Origin: Chloropicon primus
Taxonomy: Eukaryota
Direction: 5' to 3'
Assembly (NCBI GenBank): GCA_023205875.1
Contig: CP060756.1
Span: forward strand, 248,001 to 312,000
Length of the DNA: 64,000 nt
In this document: positions 1 through 9,524 of the stretch, piece by piece
Numbering within the stretch: position 1 is the stretch's first letter
Layout: the number at the start of each line of letters is the position of its first letter
Notes under the pieces: model-generated
What the model was told of the DNA's origin: nothing
The model's input: only the letters and a program-made list of their open reading frames with translations
The model's database searches: none
Program-made: the position numbers and the translations under genes

Positions 1-816
1 GTCCGAGAGGACCTGCATGTACCTCGCGAGCACCACCACGTCGATGTCGTACTCCTCCAGAAGCCTCTCGATCTCGGCCTCCTGCTCCAGCTTGAACCCC
101 ATCTTCTGGTCCGGGGTCGCGCTCGGGTCCTTCCTCATGGGGAGGTGGTAGAAGGGGATCCCGAACTGCTCTCCGACGTGACGCAGGTCGTCGTGGTTGC
201 TTATGATGAGCGGAATCTCGCACTCCAGCTCCTTGCTGTTCTTCCTCAGGAGGATGTCGTACAAGCAGTGGTCGAACTTGCTGACGAGGACCGCCATCCT
301 CTTGGGCTTGTTGCTGAAGCTCAGGCTCCACTTCATGTCGAACCGATCGGCCACGCTCTCGATCGCGGCCTCCAGCCCCACGAGCGCCGCCTCCGAGTTG
401 CCCAGGTAGCAGTCCGAGTAGTCGAAGTGGAGCCTCTGAAAGAAGAGCCCCGCGTCTGGACAGGAGTGCTGGTCCGTCTCAATGATGTTGCACCCTTGGC
501 CGTACAGCATCGACGCGGACGCGGCGACCACGCCCTTGGCATCCGGGCAGTCGATCAGCAGGGTCGCCTCCATGGGCACCTTCTTCAGGTCGACCTCGAC
601 CTTGTGCCTCTGCCTGCTGTCGTACGAGGCCTTGTCCCTGGACGCGACGTAGCCGGCCTGTCTCCGCCTCGGGCTCGCCCTCCGCCTCAGACTCCTCCGA
701 CTCCCTCCCTGGGGAGACCCCATCGACTCGCTGCTCGGCGGAACCCCGTCCCGGCTCGCGGAGGCACCAGCGCCAGCAGGCGAGCACTTCGACATCATCT
801 TCTTCTTCATCCACAT
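1..816 (-). CDS. purU: Formyltetrahydrofolate deformylase (3' end runs off the window)
   Basis: Read manually on the minus strand (not in the ORF track because the stop is outside the window). N-terminal extension, then ACT-like EATLLIDCPDAKGVVAASASMLYGQGCNIIETDQH, then DIDVVVLARYMQVLSD. First in-frame ATG at 816; alternative ATGs nearby. Confidence 0.9.
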   Translation of the reverse strand, partial: MWMKKKMMSKCSPAGAGASASRDGVPPSSESMGSPQGGSRRSLRRRASPRRRQAGYVASRDKASYDSRQRHKVEVDLKKVPMEATLLIDCPDAKGVVAASASMLYGQGCNIIETDQHSCPDAGLFFQRLHFDYSDCYLGNSEAALVGLEAAIESVADRFDMKWSLSFSNKPKRMAVLVSKFDHCLYDILLRKNSKELECEIPLIISNHDDLRHVGEQFGIPFYHLPMRKDPSATPDQKMGFKLEQEAEIERLLEEYDIDVVVLARYMQVLSD

Positions 817-1895
817 CGTCCTCGTCCTCGTCCTCGTCCTCGTCCCGTGCTCTCTCTCGAACTCCTGCGAGCGAGGCGGAGAAAGTCAGGCAGACAAATC
901 GTCTCCGAGGTTCAAGCGGTGAACGCCCGTCGGTTACGGGTTCCCTCTCGTAACCGTAACGTCGCCGAGTCCAGCGAGACAAACTGCTGAACGCTTTTTT
1001 GCCGAGCTGGATCTCTTCGCGTCTCAAGCCCACGTGCGTGTTCGGCTTCGCTCCATGAAGTTAGGGAGAGGAGAGGGAGAGAGAAGGGTGGAAGTTAGGA
1101 GAGGGGTTGTTGGTGTGGGTGTTCCATTGGATCCATATCCATTGGATCCTTCCTCCCTCTCTCTCCCTCCTGTTCTTCCTGTTCCCCTCGAGTCGCTTGG
1201 TCGCCGTCTTCCTTGTCCTCGCGCTCGAAGGTCTGTGGCCAGCAAAGGGAGAGGCAGAGAGACAGAGGGAGAGACAGAGGGGTTGGGCAGGCAGGAAGGA
1301 TGGCACTGATTGGTGGTGGTGGCTGATCCATTGGATTTGATCCTCCTGTTCCTTGAATCGCTTGGTGTCCTCCACTCCACTCCACGACACCGACGGTCGT
1401 GTCACACCGTGACCAGCAAAGCAGAGAGCGTCAGAGAGCGTCAGAGAGAGAGAGAGAGAGATCATCAGAGAGAGAAGTCTCGTGCGTCGTGTGTGCACAC
1501 TTACGCTTACGTTTCCTTCCCTTCATTGGGTTGTCCTTCCCTTCATTGGGTTGTCCTTTCCTGCCCAAGATTATCCCAAGATTAGGACCTAGCCGTTGAT
1601 GTGCCTTTTTTTCCTTCTCTTCTTTTCTTTTCTTTTCTTGGAGTGTGACGAGTGAGACACCGACGAGCGAGAGACACACGCTCTCTCGTGTCACCCAACC
1701 ACGAGGAACCGGAACCTTTGGCGACTTCCTTCCTCTCGAACGCAATTGCGTCGTCGTCGTCGTTGCTCTGCCTTGAACCGTATTGTGTTGTGACGTGACC
1801 GATATAGAATTTGTGGGTTGGTGGGTGCTTGCATTGAGACGAAGAAAGGCAAGGGACTTGACTTGACCTTGACCTTGACCTCGACCTTGGTGAGG

Positions 1896-4634
1896 ATGGA
1901 TATCCAGACGCTGAGGGATCAGGCCAAGGAGGCGCGCCAGAAGGCGGAGCTGCAGTTCCTCACCATGGCCGCCCACGGGGACAGCCTGAAGAAGCAGCAG
2001 GAGCTCCAGAAGGACTTGCTTCCGAAGAAGTCGACCTACAGGTTGGGTGGCGCGGGGGACCAGAGCCCCGGAGGCCGAGGCTTGGAGATGAGGCGCCTCC
2101 AGGCCGAGCAGATGGAGCAGAAGGTGAGGGACATGAAGAGGTCCCTGGCGTCGAGGACGTGGTACGACGGGTCGACCTTGCGGCCAGAGGAGGAGAGCAA
2201 GCTTTCGGTCATGGAGGAGAAGTCCAAGGCAGACCCCTTGGAAGAGGTGTTCAAGTTCGCAAAGCACGCTCCCCCGCCGCCCAAGGAGTCCCTCATGGAA
2301 GCGGTCCAATCCAAGCAGAAGGAGGAGGGCACGAAAGCGCCCGCGGCGACGAAGCTTGCGTCGGCGATAGGCTCGACGCGCCCAAAGATTCCCGAGCTGT
2401 CCACCTTTGAGCTCCCGACGACCTCGGAGCCCAAGACCCTTCAGCCGGACGAGCCCTCAATGAAGCTGTTCTCGAAGCCACCCCCAAGCTTCCAGAAAGT
2501 CAGCCCGCTGTTTCCCATGGACGACGAGGACGGCGACGGCGACGGCTACGAGTCTTGGGTGAAGGACACCGCACCACCTTTCGGTTACCCTGAGATGTTT
2601 CCGCCTCCCCCACCTCCACTGTTCACCTCGTCTCGCAAGGCGAGGCAGGAGGGCGGTGCGGTTGAGGCGGAGGCCGGCAGGTCCAAGCACAAGAGGCGCT
2701 CCAAGCACAAGAGCGCGAGGCGATCGAGGAAAGAGTCTCACCACAACAAGGAGGCCAAGGAGGGCGCCCCCAAGGTCAAGGACGAGCCTCCCCAGAAGAC
2801 CGAGGTCGAAGAGGGAGCGTCGGAGGGGGACAAAGAGAACAAGAAACAGGAGAGCGACGCTCTGAAAGATGTGAGCGAGCACTCGAAGAGGGTAGCATCT
2901 GTGCACGAGTTGGAGAAGGAGAGGGACGCGCTGAGGCAAGACATCGCCTTGCTTGCGGCTGCAGTCCAAAATCGGAACCAGATGCCCGCTCATCCGACTG
3001 CTCCAGTCATTGTCCAGTACCCCATGCCACAGCAGGCCCAGCCGCAGGCCCCTCCTGCCCCTCCGCCGCAAGAGCCGAGGCCCAAGGCGGAGGGCACGCC
3101 GAGCGAGATCGCAAACAGCCTCGCGGATGCCAGGAGGAGCGATAGCACGAACGATGACCTGGTGCGCATGTTCAACTCTGCCTTCAACTCTGGGGACATC
3201 GAGTTGAAGAAATACCTCCAGCACGACGTGCTTCGACTCCGAAAGAGGAACGAGTTCCTGGAGAGCGAGAGGGTGGACTTGCTGACGATGAAAGCAGAGT
3301 TCAAGAGGATCTCTGCCGACTTTGTCTCTGCCAAGGCTTCTCTGGAGGCCCTGCGGTCTGAAAACAACAAGATGAGGGAGGAGAATGGCAGACTCCAGGG
3401 TCTGAACGACATTCTCACAGAAGAGGTGAAGAGGGGAGGGTCTGGGGAGGCGAACAACGAAGGTTCCTTGGAGGCCGAGCTGTCCTCTCTGAGAGTGATG
3501 AATCACAAGCTCAAACTGGCCAACAAGGAGCTGCTGGAGGAGCAGAAGAACCACGGCGCCGTAGAGAGTCAACTCTTGGAAAAGATCGAGTCCCTGGAGA
3601 CCACAAAGATGGGCAGCCCTGTGAGAAAGCTTGAGAGCCAAATCGCGGCTCTGCAGAGCGAGAACTTGGAGAAGGAGGAGGAGCTCGCTGAGCTTCAGGA
3701 GAGGGCGGCTCAGATCGACCGCCTCCGGGAGGAGAACGCGAGCCTCGAATTGCAGCTGATCGAGCTGAAGATGAAGACGGTCCAGGAGATCCCCCTGAAT
3801 GCAAAGCTGCAGGACGCGGCGGAGGAGTTGGGGAAGATGAAGGCAGAGAACACGTCCCTCGCGGAGCAAGTGAAGTCCCTGACCGCATTGAACGACGAGG
3901 TGAACTCCAGCAAGAAGCTGCTGGAATCCAAGTGCGCCATGTATGAGAAGGTTCTTCAGGAGCGCAACCTCCTGACCTCCGGCATCACGATGTACGACCC
4001 CACCGGGAACTTGATGGAAAAGAACAAGAAGGAGATGAAGAGCGCCGTGAAGGACTACATCGCGAGCGAGTACGATTTGCCCCAGCTCGAGGGAAGCGGC
4101 CCGGATAGCATCATCGAGGGAAGCGGCGCGGATCTCGCCCCGGTGAGCCCGAGCCAGTCCCCCCACGGAAAGCTCGTCCTGCAGACCGGAAAGGAGAACA
4201 TCCAGACGTACCTCGTCAAAGCTTCCACGAGGAGGGACTTCATGCGCATGGGGAAGAACGAGGCCGCGAAGGGGATACTCTCTGGCAACGACGACCTGGA
4301 AATCGAGTTCTCCGACCTTGTCTTCAAGCGGGACGAGTCGGGGGTGCTGAAAAAGTTCATTTTGGTGATCACGAAGAAGTGCATCTACCTCCTGACTTGC
4401 GACCAGTACAGGTGCGAGTGGAGCTGCAATTACGCGGACCTTTTCCGCATGGGCTGGGACAGCCAAATCCTGGAAGACTTGACCTTCAAGGCGGCCAAGG
4501 CCGTGGATGTGTGCATCCAGAGCCCACGGAGAGACATCGTCATCGGCACCATACTCACCTTGCTCGAGGGCAACCAAGGAAACTTCCAAGTGAAGAAAGA
4601 CCTTTCGAGTTTCAGTTTGCTGAGGTCGGTCTAA
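1896..4634 (+). CDS. Long coiled-coil protein with a C-terminal myosin-I TH1/PH-like domain
   Basis: 912-aa ORF from ATG 1896 (MDIQTL). Pro-rich N-half and heptad-rich middle. C-terminal IEFSDLVFKRDESGVLKKFILVITKKCIYLL resembles the TH1 pattern. Confidence 0.7.
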   Translation: MDIQTLRDQAKEARQKAELQFLTMAAHGDSLKKQQELQKDLLPKKSTYRLGGAGDQSPGGRGLEMRRLQAEQMEQKVRDMKRSLASRTWYDGSTLRPEEESKLSVMEEKSKADPLEEVFKFAKHAPPPPKESLMEAVQSKQKEEGTKAPAATKLASAIGSTRPKIPELSTFELPTTSEPKTLQPDEPSMKLFSKPPPSFQKVSPLFPMDDEDGDGDGYESWVKDTAPPFGYPEMFPPPPPPLFTSSRKARQEGGAVEAEAGRSKHKRRSKHKSARRSRKESHHNKEAKEGAPKVKDEPPQKTEVEEGASEGDKENKKQESDALKDVSEHSKRVASVHELEKERDALRQDIALLAAAVQNRNQMPAHPTAPVIVQYPMPQQAQPQAPPAPPPQEPRPKAEGTPSEIANSLADARRSDSTNDDLVRMFNSAFNSGDIELKKYLQHDVLRLRKRNEFLESERVDLLTMKAEFKRISADFVSAKASLEALRSENNKMREENGRLQGLNDILTEEVKRGGSGEANNEGSLEAELSSLRVMNHKLKLANKELLEEQKNHGAVESQLLEKIESLETTKMGSPVRKLESQIAALQSENLEKEEELAELQERAAQIDRLREENASLELQLIELKMKTVQEIPLNAKLQDAAEELGKMKAENTSLAEQVKSLTALNDEVNSSKKLLESKCAMYEKVLQERNLLTSGITMYDPTGNLMEKNKKEMKSAVKDYIASEYDLPQLEGSGPDSIIEGSGADLAPVSPSQSPHGKLVLQTGKENIQTYLVKASTRRDFMRMGKNEAAKGILSGNDDLEIEFSDLVFKRDESGVLKKFILVITKKCIYLLTCDQYRCEWSCNYADLFRMGWDSQILEDLTFKAAKAVDVCIQSPRRDIVIGTILTLLEGNQGNFQVKKDLSSFSLLRSV

Positions 4635-4811
4635 GTTTTCTTTCGCTCAACTCAGTGAATCAGTATATATTGTATCCAACACTTTCTTCCAAAGACACAT
4701 CCAAACTCTTCCACTCTTTTGATCGGGTCACGTGCTTGGTGTTCAAGCCTCGAGCCAAGCCTCCCCACTCGAGATGCCTGGGACCCCTTGCGATCCATCA
4801 TCGGAACCATA

Positions 4812-4841
4812 ACCAAGTGTTGGATTGTTCACCCACCAATA

Positions 4842-4874
<33 letters not shown>

Positions 4875-5041
4875 GACAGGTTCGTTTTACCCCCTACTGT
4901 TTACCGCCGTCTTCTACCGCTAATCCGGCGTAGTACGAGAGGAGGAACCGCCGGTAACAGGTCATTGGCTCTGAATAGCCGATGGCGCAAAGCTACCATC
5001 TTGTCGGAGAATAACTGAACGTCTCTAAGTTAGAATCCATG
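4812..5041 (+). pseudogene. Degenerate fragment of eukaryotic LSU (25S/28S) rRNA, end of domain V plus domain VI
   Basis: Conserved blocks in the correct order: CCAAGTGTTGGATTGTTCACCCACCAATAGGGAACGTGAGCTGGGTTTAGACCGTCG; sarcin-ricin loop TAGTACGAGAGG(AGG)AACC; AAGCTACC...CTGAACG.CTCTAAGT.AGAATCC. Small indels are present and there is no flanking rDNA. Confidence 0.9.
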
Positions 5042-5305
5042 GCGAGAGGGAGACTGCGTGGTTGGTACGCATTACGCGTCAACTTATAGCTTCGGCTTCA
5101 CTGCATGCATGCTCGATCGTCGATAATTCATCTTCCCCCCAAGCCCAGCTAATGAAAATTTTTCCGAAAATTTTTCCGTTGGTGTTTGGAGGGGGGGCGA
5201 CAGGTGGAGCAGCAGAGAAGGAAGCGAAGGCGGAGGATCGATCGAGTGGCGGTGGTTTGCGTGTTCGCGTAGGTGGGAGGAGGGACGAGCGTGGTCAAGA
5301 GCAGG

Positions 5306-7276
5306 ATGGTGTTCATCGAGGATGAAGACTTCGAGAGGATCTTGGAGAAAATAGCGCTCCTCGAGTCCGAGAGGGACCGCGCGGAGGGTTTGTTGAGGTC
5401 GGTGGAGAGTGCGAGGAAGCTTCAACTGACGGAGGGCCAGCTCGCGGAGCTCTGCGATATCAAGACGAAGCTTCTTTACAGCGCGGAGAAGGCTGGGCGC
5501 GACGAGGAGGAGGACGACGGGACGATTGGGAAGGGGGAAGCGGGGGAGAGCGACGTCTTGGCCGGCGAAAACGCGATCCCAACGGGAGAGGGGGGTGGTG
5601 GTCTCCCTGCCGTGTCGCCCGAGAGCACCTGCTCGCCCGTGGACCAGATTGTGTCCGAGGTCGAGAAGCTGACCAACTGGTGGACGGACGGGTGGAAGCA
5701 GCTCATCGTGCCGCCGAGCGAGACGGAGAGAGCTGGTGGTGGTGGCAAAGGCCGACCCACCTCGCAGCTCGACCTTCTCAAGCGCGAGGTCAAGGACAAG
5801 TCAGAGCAGTGCGAGAGGCTGAAGAGGGAGGTACAGATCTTCGAGTCCCGCCTGCGGGTTGAGCAAAAGTTCGGGGAGGAGAAAGTGAGGAAGGCGAAAG
5901 CGGAGAGGGACGAGGCACGGAACTCGGCCAGGGAGGCGCTGAAGAAGCTGGCTAACCTGCAGGTCAGGCTGCAAGAGGTCCAGGAGAGGTGCGGACAGTC
6001 CGAGAAGGAGATGATCGCGGCGAGGTCAGAGAGGGCAGAGCTTGCGGCCGAGGTGGTCATCCTGAAGGAGGAAGTCAAGAAGTCCGAGGACTGCACAAAC
6101 TTTTGGAAGCAGAAGTACCTGCAGGAGAGGGAAAGCAGGAGGAAGACCCACGAGCAGCTGCAGCAAATCAGGGGAAACATAAGGGTCCTGTGCAGGATTC
6201 GGCCGGCTTTGGTTCGGGGGGAGGGAGACGCGGCCGACAAGGTTGCGACGACCATACCGATGCCTGGGCTGATCAGGCTGAATAAGGACAGGAGGAACAT
6301 GGATTTCGAGTACAACTCGTGCTTTGGGGGAGACTCCACCCAGGAAGAAGTTTTCGAGGAGATCTCGCCCCTCATCATGTCGTTCGCGGATGGCTACAAC
6401 GCCTGCATCTTTGCGTACGGGCAGACCGGGAGCGGGAAAACGTTCACCATGCAAGGGACGCGAGAGAACCCCGGAATAGCCCCGAGGGTGCTCAACTTCT
6501 TGTTCCAGCACGCAAAGCAATCCAAGGAGGCCGGCGTCGAGAGGAGGATCGAGTTCAGCATGCTGGAGGTCTACAACGAGAGCATCAAGGACTTGCTGTC
6601 GGAGGAGTCCGCGAAGACTCTGGACATCTGCGCGCTTGGTCCCAACAAGCTCGGTCCCAACATGGACAGGGTTCCCGGCCTGTCAAAGAAGACGGTGACG
6701 AGCGTGGGCGAGATCGAGGCTCTCATCATGGAAGGGACTCGCAACCGCGCCACGACGGCCACGTCCATGAACGAGCACAGCAGCAGGTCACATGCCGTGC
6801 TGAGCATCAGGTACTGCGATGCAAACGACACCGAGGCTCCCGCGCCGGTGCTGCACTTGGTGGACCTGGCCGGCTCGGAGAGAATAGCAAAGTCCGGCGT
6901 GCAGGGCGTCCACCTCAAGGAAGCCCAGGCGATCAACAAATCGCTTTCGGCTCTGGGGGACGTCATAGCAAGCCTGCAGCAGAAGTCTTCCCACACTCCC
7001 TACAGGAACAGCAAGCTCACCCAGTTGCTCCAGGACTCCTTGTCTGGCAACTCCAAGGTCCTCATGGTCTGCAACATTTCGCCGGAGGAGAGCTCGGCCT
7101 CGGAGACCATGTCCTCCCTCAACTTCGCAAAGAGGGCCAACCAGGTCGAGGCGGGGCAGGCAAAGAGGGTGACGAGCGGCGCCACAAAGGCCGGCAAGCC
7201 CAAGCAGCAGCAGCAGGCGAACTCGCTCAACAACCAGCTCAGGTCTCCTCTTAGCAATATTGCTAATGTACACTAA
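5306..7276 (+). CDS. Kinesin-14 family, C-terminal motor kinesin
   Basis: Coiled coil, then neck RGNIRVLCRIRP, P-loop AYGQTGSGKT, NEHSSRSH, LVDLAGSE and HTPYRNSKLT. Confidence 0.95.
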   Translation: MVFIEDEDFERILEKIALLESERDRAEGLLRSVESARKLQLTEGQLAELCDIKTKLLYSAEKAGRDEEEDDGTIGKGEAGESDVLAGENAIPTGEGGGGLPAVSPESTCSPVDQIVSEVEKLTNWWTDGWKQLIVPPSETERAGGGGKGRPTSQLDLLKREVKDKSEQCERLKREVQIFESRLRVEQKFGEEKVRKAKAERDEARNSAREALKKLANLQVRLQEVQERCGQSEKEMIAARSERAELAAEVVILKEEVKKSEDCTNFWKQKYLQERESRRKTHEQLQQIRGNIRVLCRIRPALVRGEGDAADKVATTIPMPGLIRLNKDRRNMDFEYNSCFGGDSTQEEVFEEISPLIMSFADGYNACIFAYGQTGSGKTFTMQGTRENPGIAPRVLNFLFQHAKQSKEAGVERRIEFSMLEVYNESIKDLLSEESAKTLDICALGPNKLGPNMDRVPGLSKKTVTSVGEIEALIMEGTRNRATTATSMNEHSSRSHAVLSIRYCDANDTEAPAPVLHLVDLAGSERIAKSGVQGVHLKEAQAINKSLSALGDVIASLQQKSSHTPYRNSKLTQLLQDSLSGNSKVLMVCNISPEESSASETMSSLNFAKRANQVEAGQAKRVTSGATKAGKPKQQQQANSLNNQLRSPLSNIANVH

Positions 7277-7319
7277 TAATAGGAATGTGATGAATTTTAT
7301 CGCCGTTTCACAAAAAGGT

Positions 7320-8444
7320 TCACAGCCTGGACGCTTCGCTCCTTGCGACCACCTTCGAAAGCCGAGAGACGTCTTCGTTGTCCCCGTTAATCCAGTGATC
7401 AATCAGGTGGTGCGCGATGGCGTAAGGGGGTACGATCCAGGTTTCCAATTCCCCAGGCTTCCCGCTTTTCCGCCTCCGCGCCTTGGACTTGGCCAGCTTC
7501 TGTGCCACCACTTCCTTTGGCACCCAGGACGCCGAGTTCAGCTCCTCCTGGTCCACTATCAAGTCTCTCGTCTCTGGATTTGACTTGGCCCTCGCCACGC
7601 AGCCGATCATGAGCTCGCAAGCCCCGCTCCGGCCCAGCGGCCACGGCTGCGATCCAAGGAGTTGGACTTGGTCCACCTGCACGCCGGACTCCTCCTCTAT
7701 CTCCCGGACCACGGCCTCCTCGATCGTCTCGCACTGCTCGATGAAGCCGGCCAGGCAAGTCAACATCCGCCCGCTCGCGTACCTTGGGGAACCCAAGAGG
7801 GCGTGCGAGCCGTCCTGACTGACGACGAGGCATATCGCCACGGGATCCAGGCGCGGGTACTGCTTCTTGCCACAGTCCGTGCACTCCTTCCTCGTCCCGA
7901 TTTGCGTGGATCTGGTCGCGCTGCCGCACGAGGGGCAGAACCGAATCCCCTTTCCCCAGTTCCTCAGCGCCAGGGCGTACCCGGCTCTGCTCACGCTCGC
8001 GCCCTCCTCCGATCCCAGGAGGTCGTCGCGGGACTTGAGGAAGCTCCTGATCTCCCCGAAGCCCGATTTTGGGGAGCTCAGGAGCTCGTGGCGAGCCAAG
8101 TCCAAGGCGAAGTAGGACCTGCTGCCCAGACCCTCCTCCCTCCCCAGGTAGATGAGCTCGTACCTCTCCCCGCTCCGCTCGTCGGCCGAGCTAAACGACG
8201 TCCCCTCCGCCGCGTCGTAGCGGATCCCGAACGCCTCCTCGATCGCGGTCTTGTCCGTCCACCCGATGGATTTCGATTCGCCCCTCAACGTCATCAGCAC
8301 GGTGTTCCCCCGGCCCAGGGCCAAGATGTGCGCCCCCCTCTCCACCTCCCTCCTCGCGAACTCCCTCGGATCGACCCTCGCCGTCTTCGGCAGGGCGCGA
8401 GCAATCTTGGCCCCGTCGAACAGCCCCCAGCGGTTGGGCCTCAT
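7320..8444 (-). CDS. nudC: NADH pyrophosphatase, NudC/NUDX19-like Nudix hydrolase
   Basis: Zinc ribbon FCPSCG...CTDC, YPRLDP, Nudix box AGFIEQCETIEEAVVREIEEESG, and the SQPWP signature. ATG 8444 (MRPNRW). Confidence 0.92.
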   Translation of the reverse strand: MRPNRWGLFDGAKIARALPKTARVDPREFARREVERGAHILALGRGNTVLMTLRGESKSIGWTDKTAIEEAFGIRYDAAEGTSFSSADERSGERYELIYLGREEGLGSRSYFALDLARHELLSSPKSGFGEIRSFLKSRDDLLGSEEGASVSRAGYALALRNWGKGIRFCPSCGSATRSTQIGTRKECTDCGKKQYPRLDPVAICLVVSQDGSHALLGSPRYASGRMLTCLAGFIEQCETIEEAVVREIEEESGVQVDQVQLLGSQPWPLGRSGACELMIGCVARAKSNPETRDLIVDQEELNSASWVPKEVVAQKLAKSKARRRKSGKPGELETWIVPPYAIAHHLIDHWINGDNEDVSRLSKVVARSEASRL

Positions 8445-8467
8445 CCTCCTGCTGCTGGTGGCCAGCC

Positions 8468-8501
<34 letters not shown>

Positions 8502-9035
8502 GTGTCTCTCTCTCTCCGCCTGAAGTAATCGATGAAGGAAAGCGACCAATGAGGCAAAGCCGTCAAGCAGATTGGCGGTGGTGGTGAAGCACAACGCACC
8601 GGTAATGAAGCAGACCCATCCCAAACCCCATGGAAGAGAAGCAGGCCCAGACCTTCGTCCCTTTGGTTCCTCTTCCCTGGCCTCAATTTCATTTCTTTTT
8701 TTACTTCCACATTTACGAGTATGGAGTTCAGCCAATCCCAGCCGCTCAATCCAAATATGGATGAGAGAGAGAGAGATAGAGAGAGATCTCGCGACGACGA
8801 CGACTGACGACGCAAGGTAAAGGCGCGAGCGCAAACACGAGGAGAGGAGAGGCAAGGGAAGGGGAGAGAAATGGGAACACCCTCGCTGACTCCTGTCGTT
8901 TCGTTTTTCTTTTTTTTTTTTCTTTTTTTTTTCTCGTTCTTCTTCTCGGTTTTGCTTTTGTTCTGCATCACATCGCATTCTTGTTGGTTGTTTTAGGTTG
9001 AGAGAGAGAGTAGAACGACGAGGGAGGGAGCGAGG

Positions 9036-9350
9036 ATGACGGGAGTAGCGAGAGGCGTGACGTTGGCGAGGCCGGCCGCGAGGGGTTGTGCTGCGGGAGT
9101 GGTGAGGAGGACGACGAGGGCGAGGGCGACGAGGGGAGGAAAGGAGGTGAGCAGGGCCGTGGACAAGGCAGCGCTCGGCTCGGCCGTGGGAGCCATGGCC
9201 ATCGCGCTCGCTCCGGCGGCGCAGGCGGCCCAGGAGGTCGCCCAGGTCGCGGAGGGGGAGCCTCTCCTCGTTTCCGTGGGTTGGGGCGCCCTGATGGCGA
9301 GCTTCTCCTTCTCTCTTTGCCTCGTCGTTTGGGGACGCAGTGGGCTCTGA
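9036..9350 (+). CDS. petN: Nucleus-encoded cytochrome b6f subunit VIII (PetN) precursor
   Basis: Arg/Ala/Thr-rich transit peptide, hydrophobic stretch ending AQA, then the mature-like LVSVGWGALMASFSFSLCLVVWGRSGL. Confidence 0.93.
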   Translation: MTGVARGVTLARPAARGCAAGVVRRTTRARATRGGKEVSRAVDKAALGSAVGAMAIALAPAAQAAQEVAQVAEGEPLLVSVGWGALMASFSFSLCLVVWGRSGL

Positions 9351-9524
9351 GCGCGCGAGCGCGTGTGCGCGTGGCGAGGGTGTGTGTAGCGTAGTACGGA
9401 CTCACTCGCGGTGGGCGAGCGGGAGCCTGGCGCGCCCTGCTTCTAGGAGCTGGCCCGGAGGAGTAAAAAAATGGGAAATATATTTCTTCTTCTTTGTTAG
9501 GGCGAGGGTCCTCGTTGGACCTTC

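Noticed and set aside
1024..1600. Short ORFs between purU and the coiled-coil gene
   Set aside because: Low-complexity translations of GA/CT tracts and small duplications; probably UTR or promoter.
2457..4589. Long antisense or alternative-frame ORFs (e.g. 2457-4589, 11078-13771, 12535-14154, 16747-18171, 34399-35742, 44907-46208)
   Set aside because: Shadow ORFs opposite well-supported genes, expected from GC3-biased codon usage. They contain no recognisable domains.
4812..5041. Functional rRNA gene
   Set aside because: Only ~230 bp, with an insertion in the invariant sarcin-ricin loop and no surrounding rDNA.
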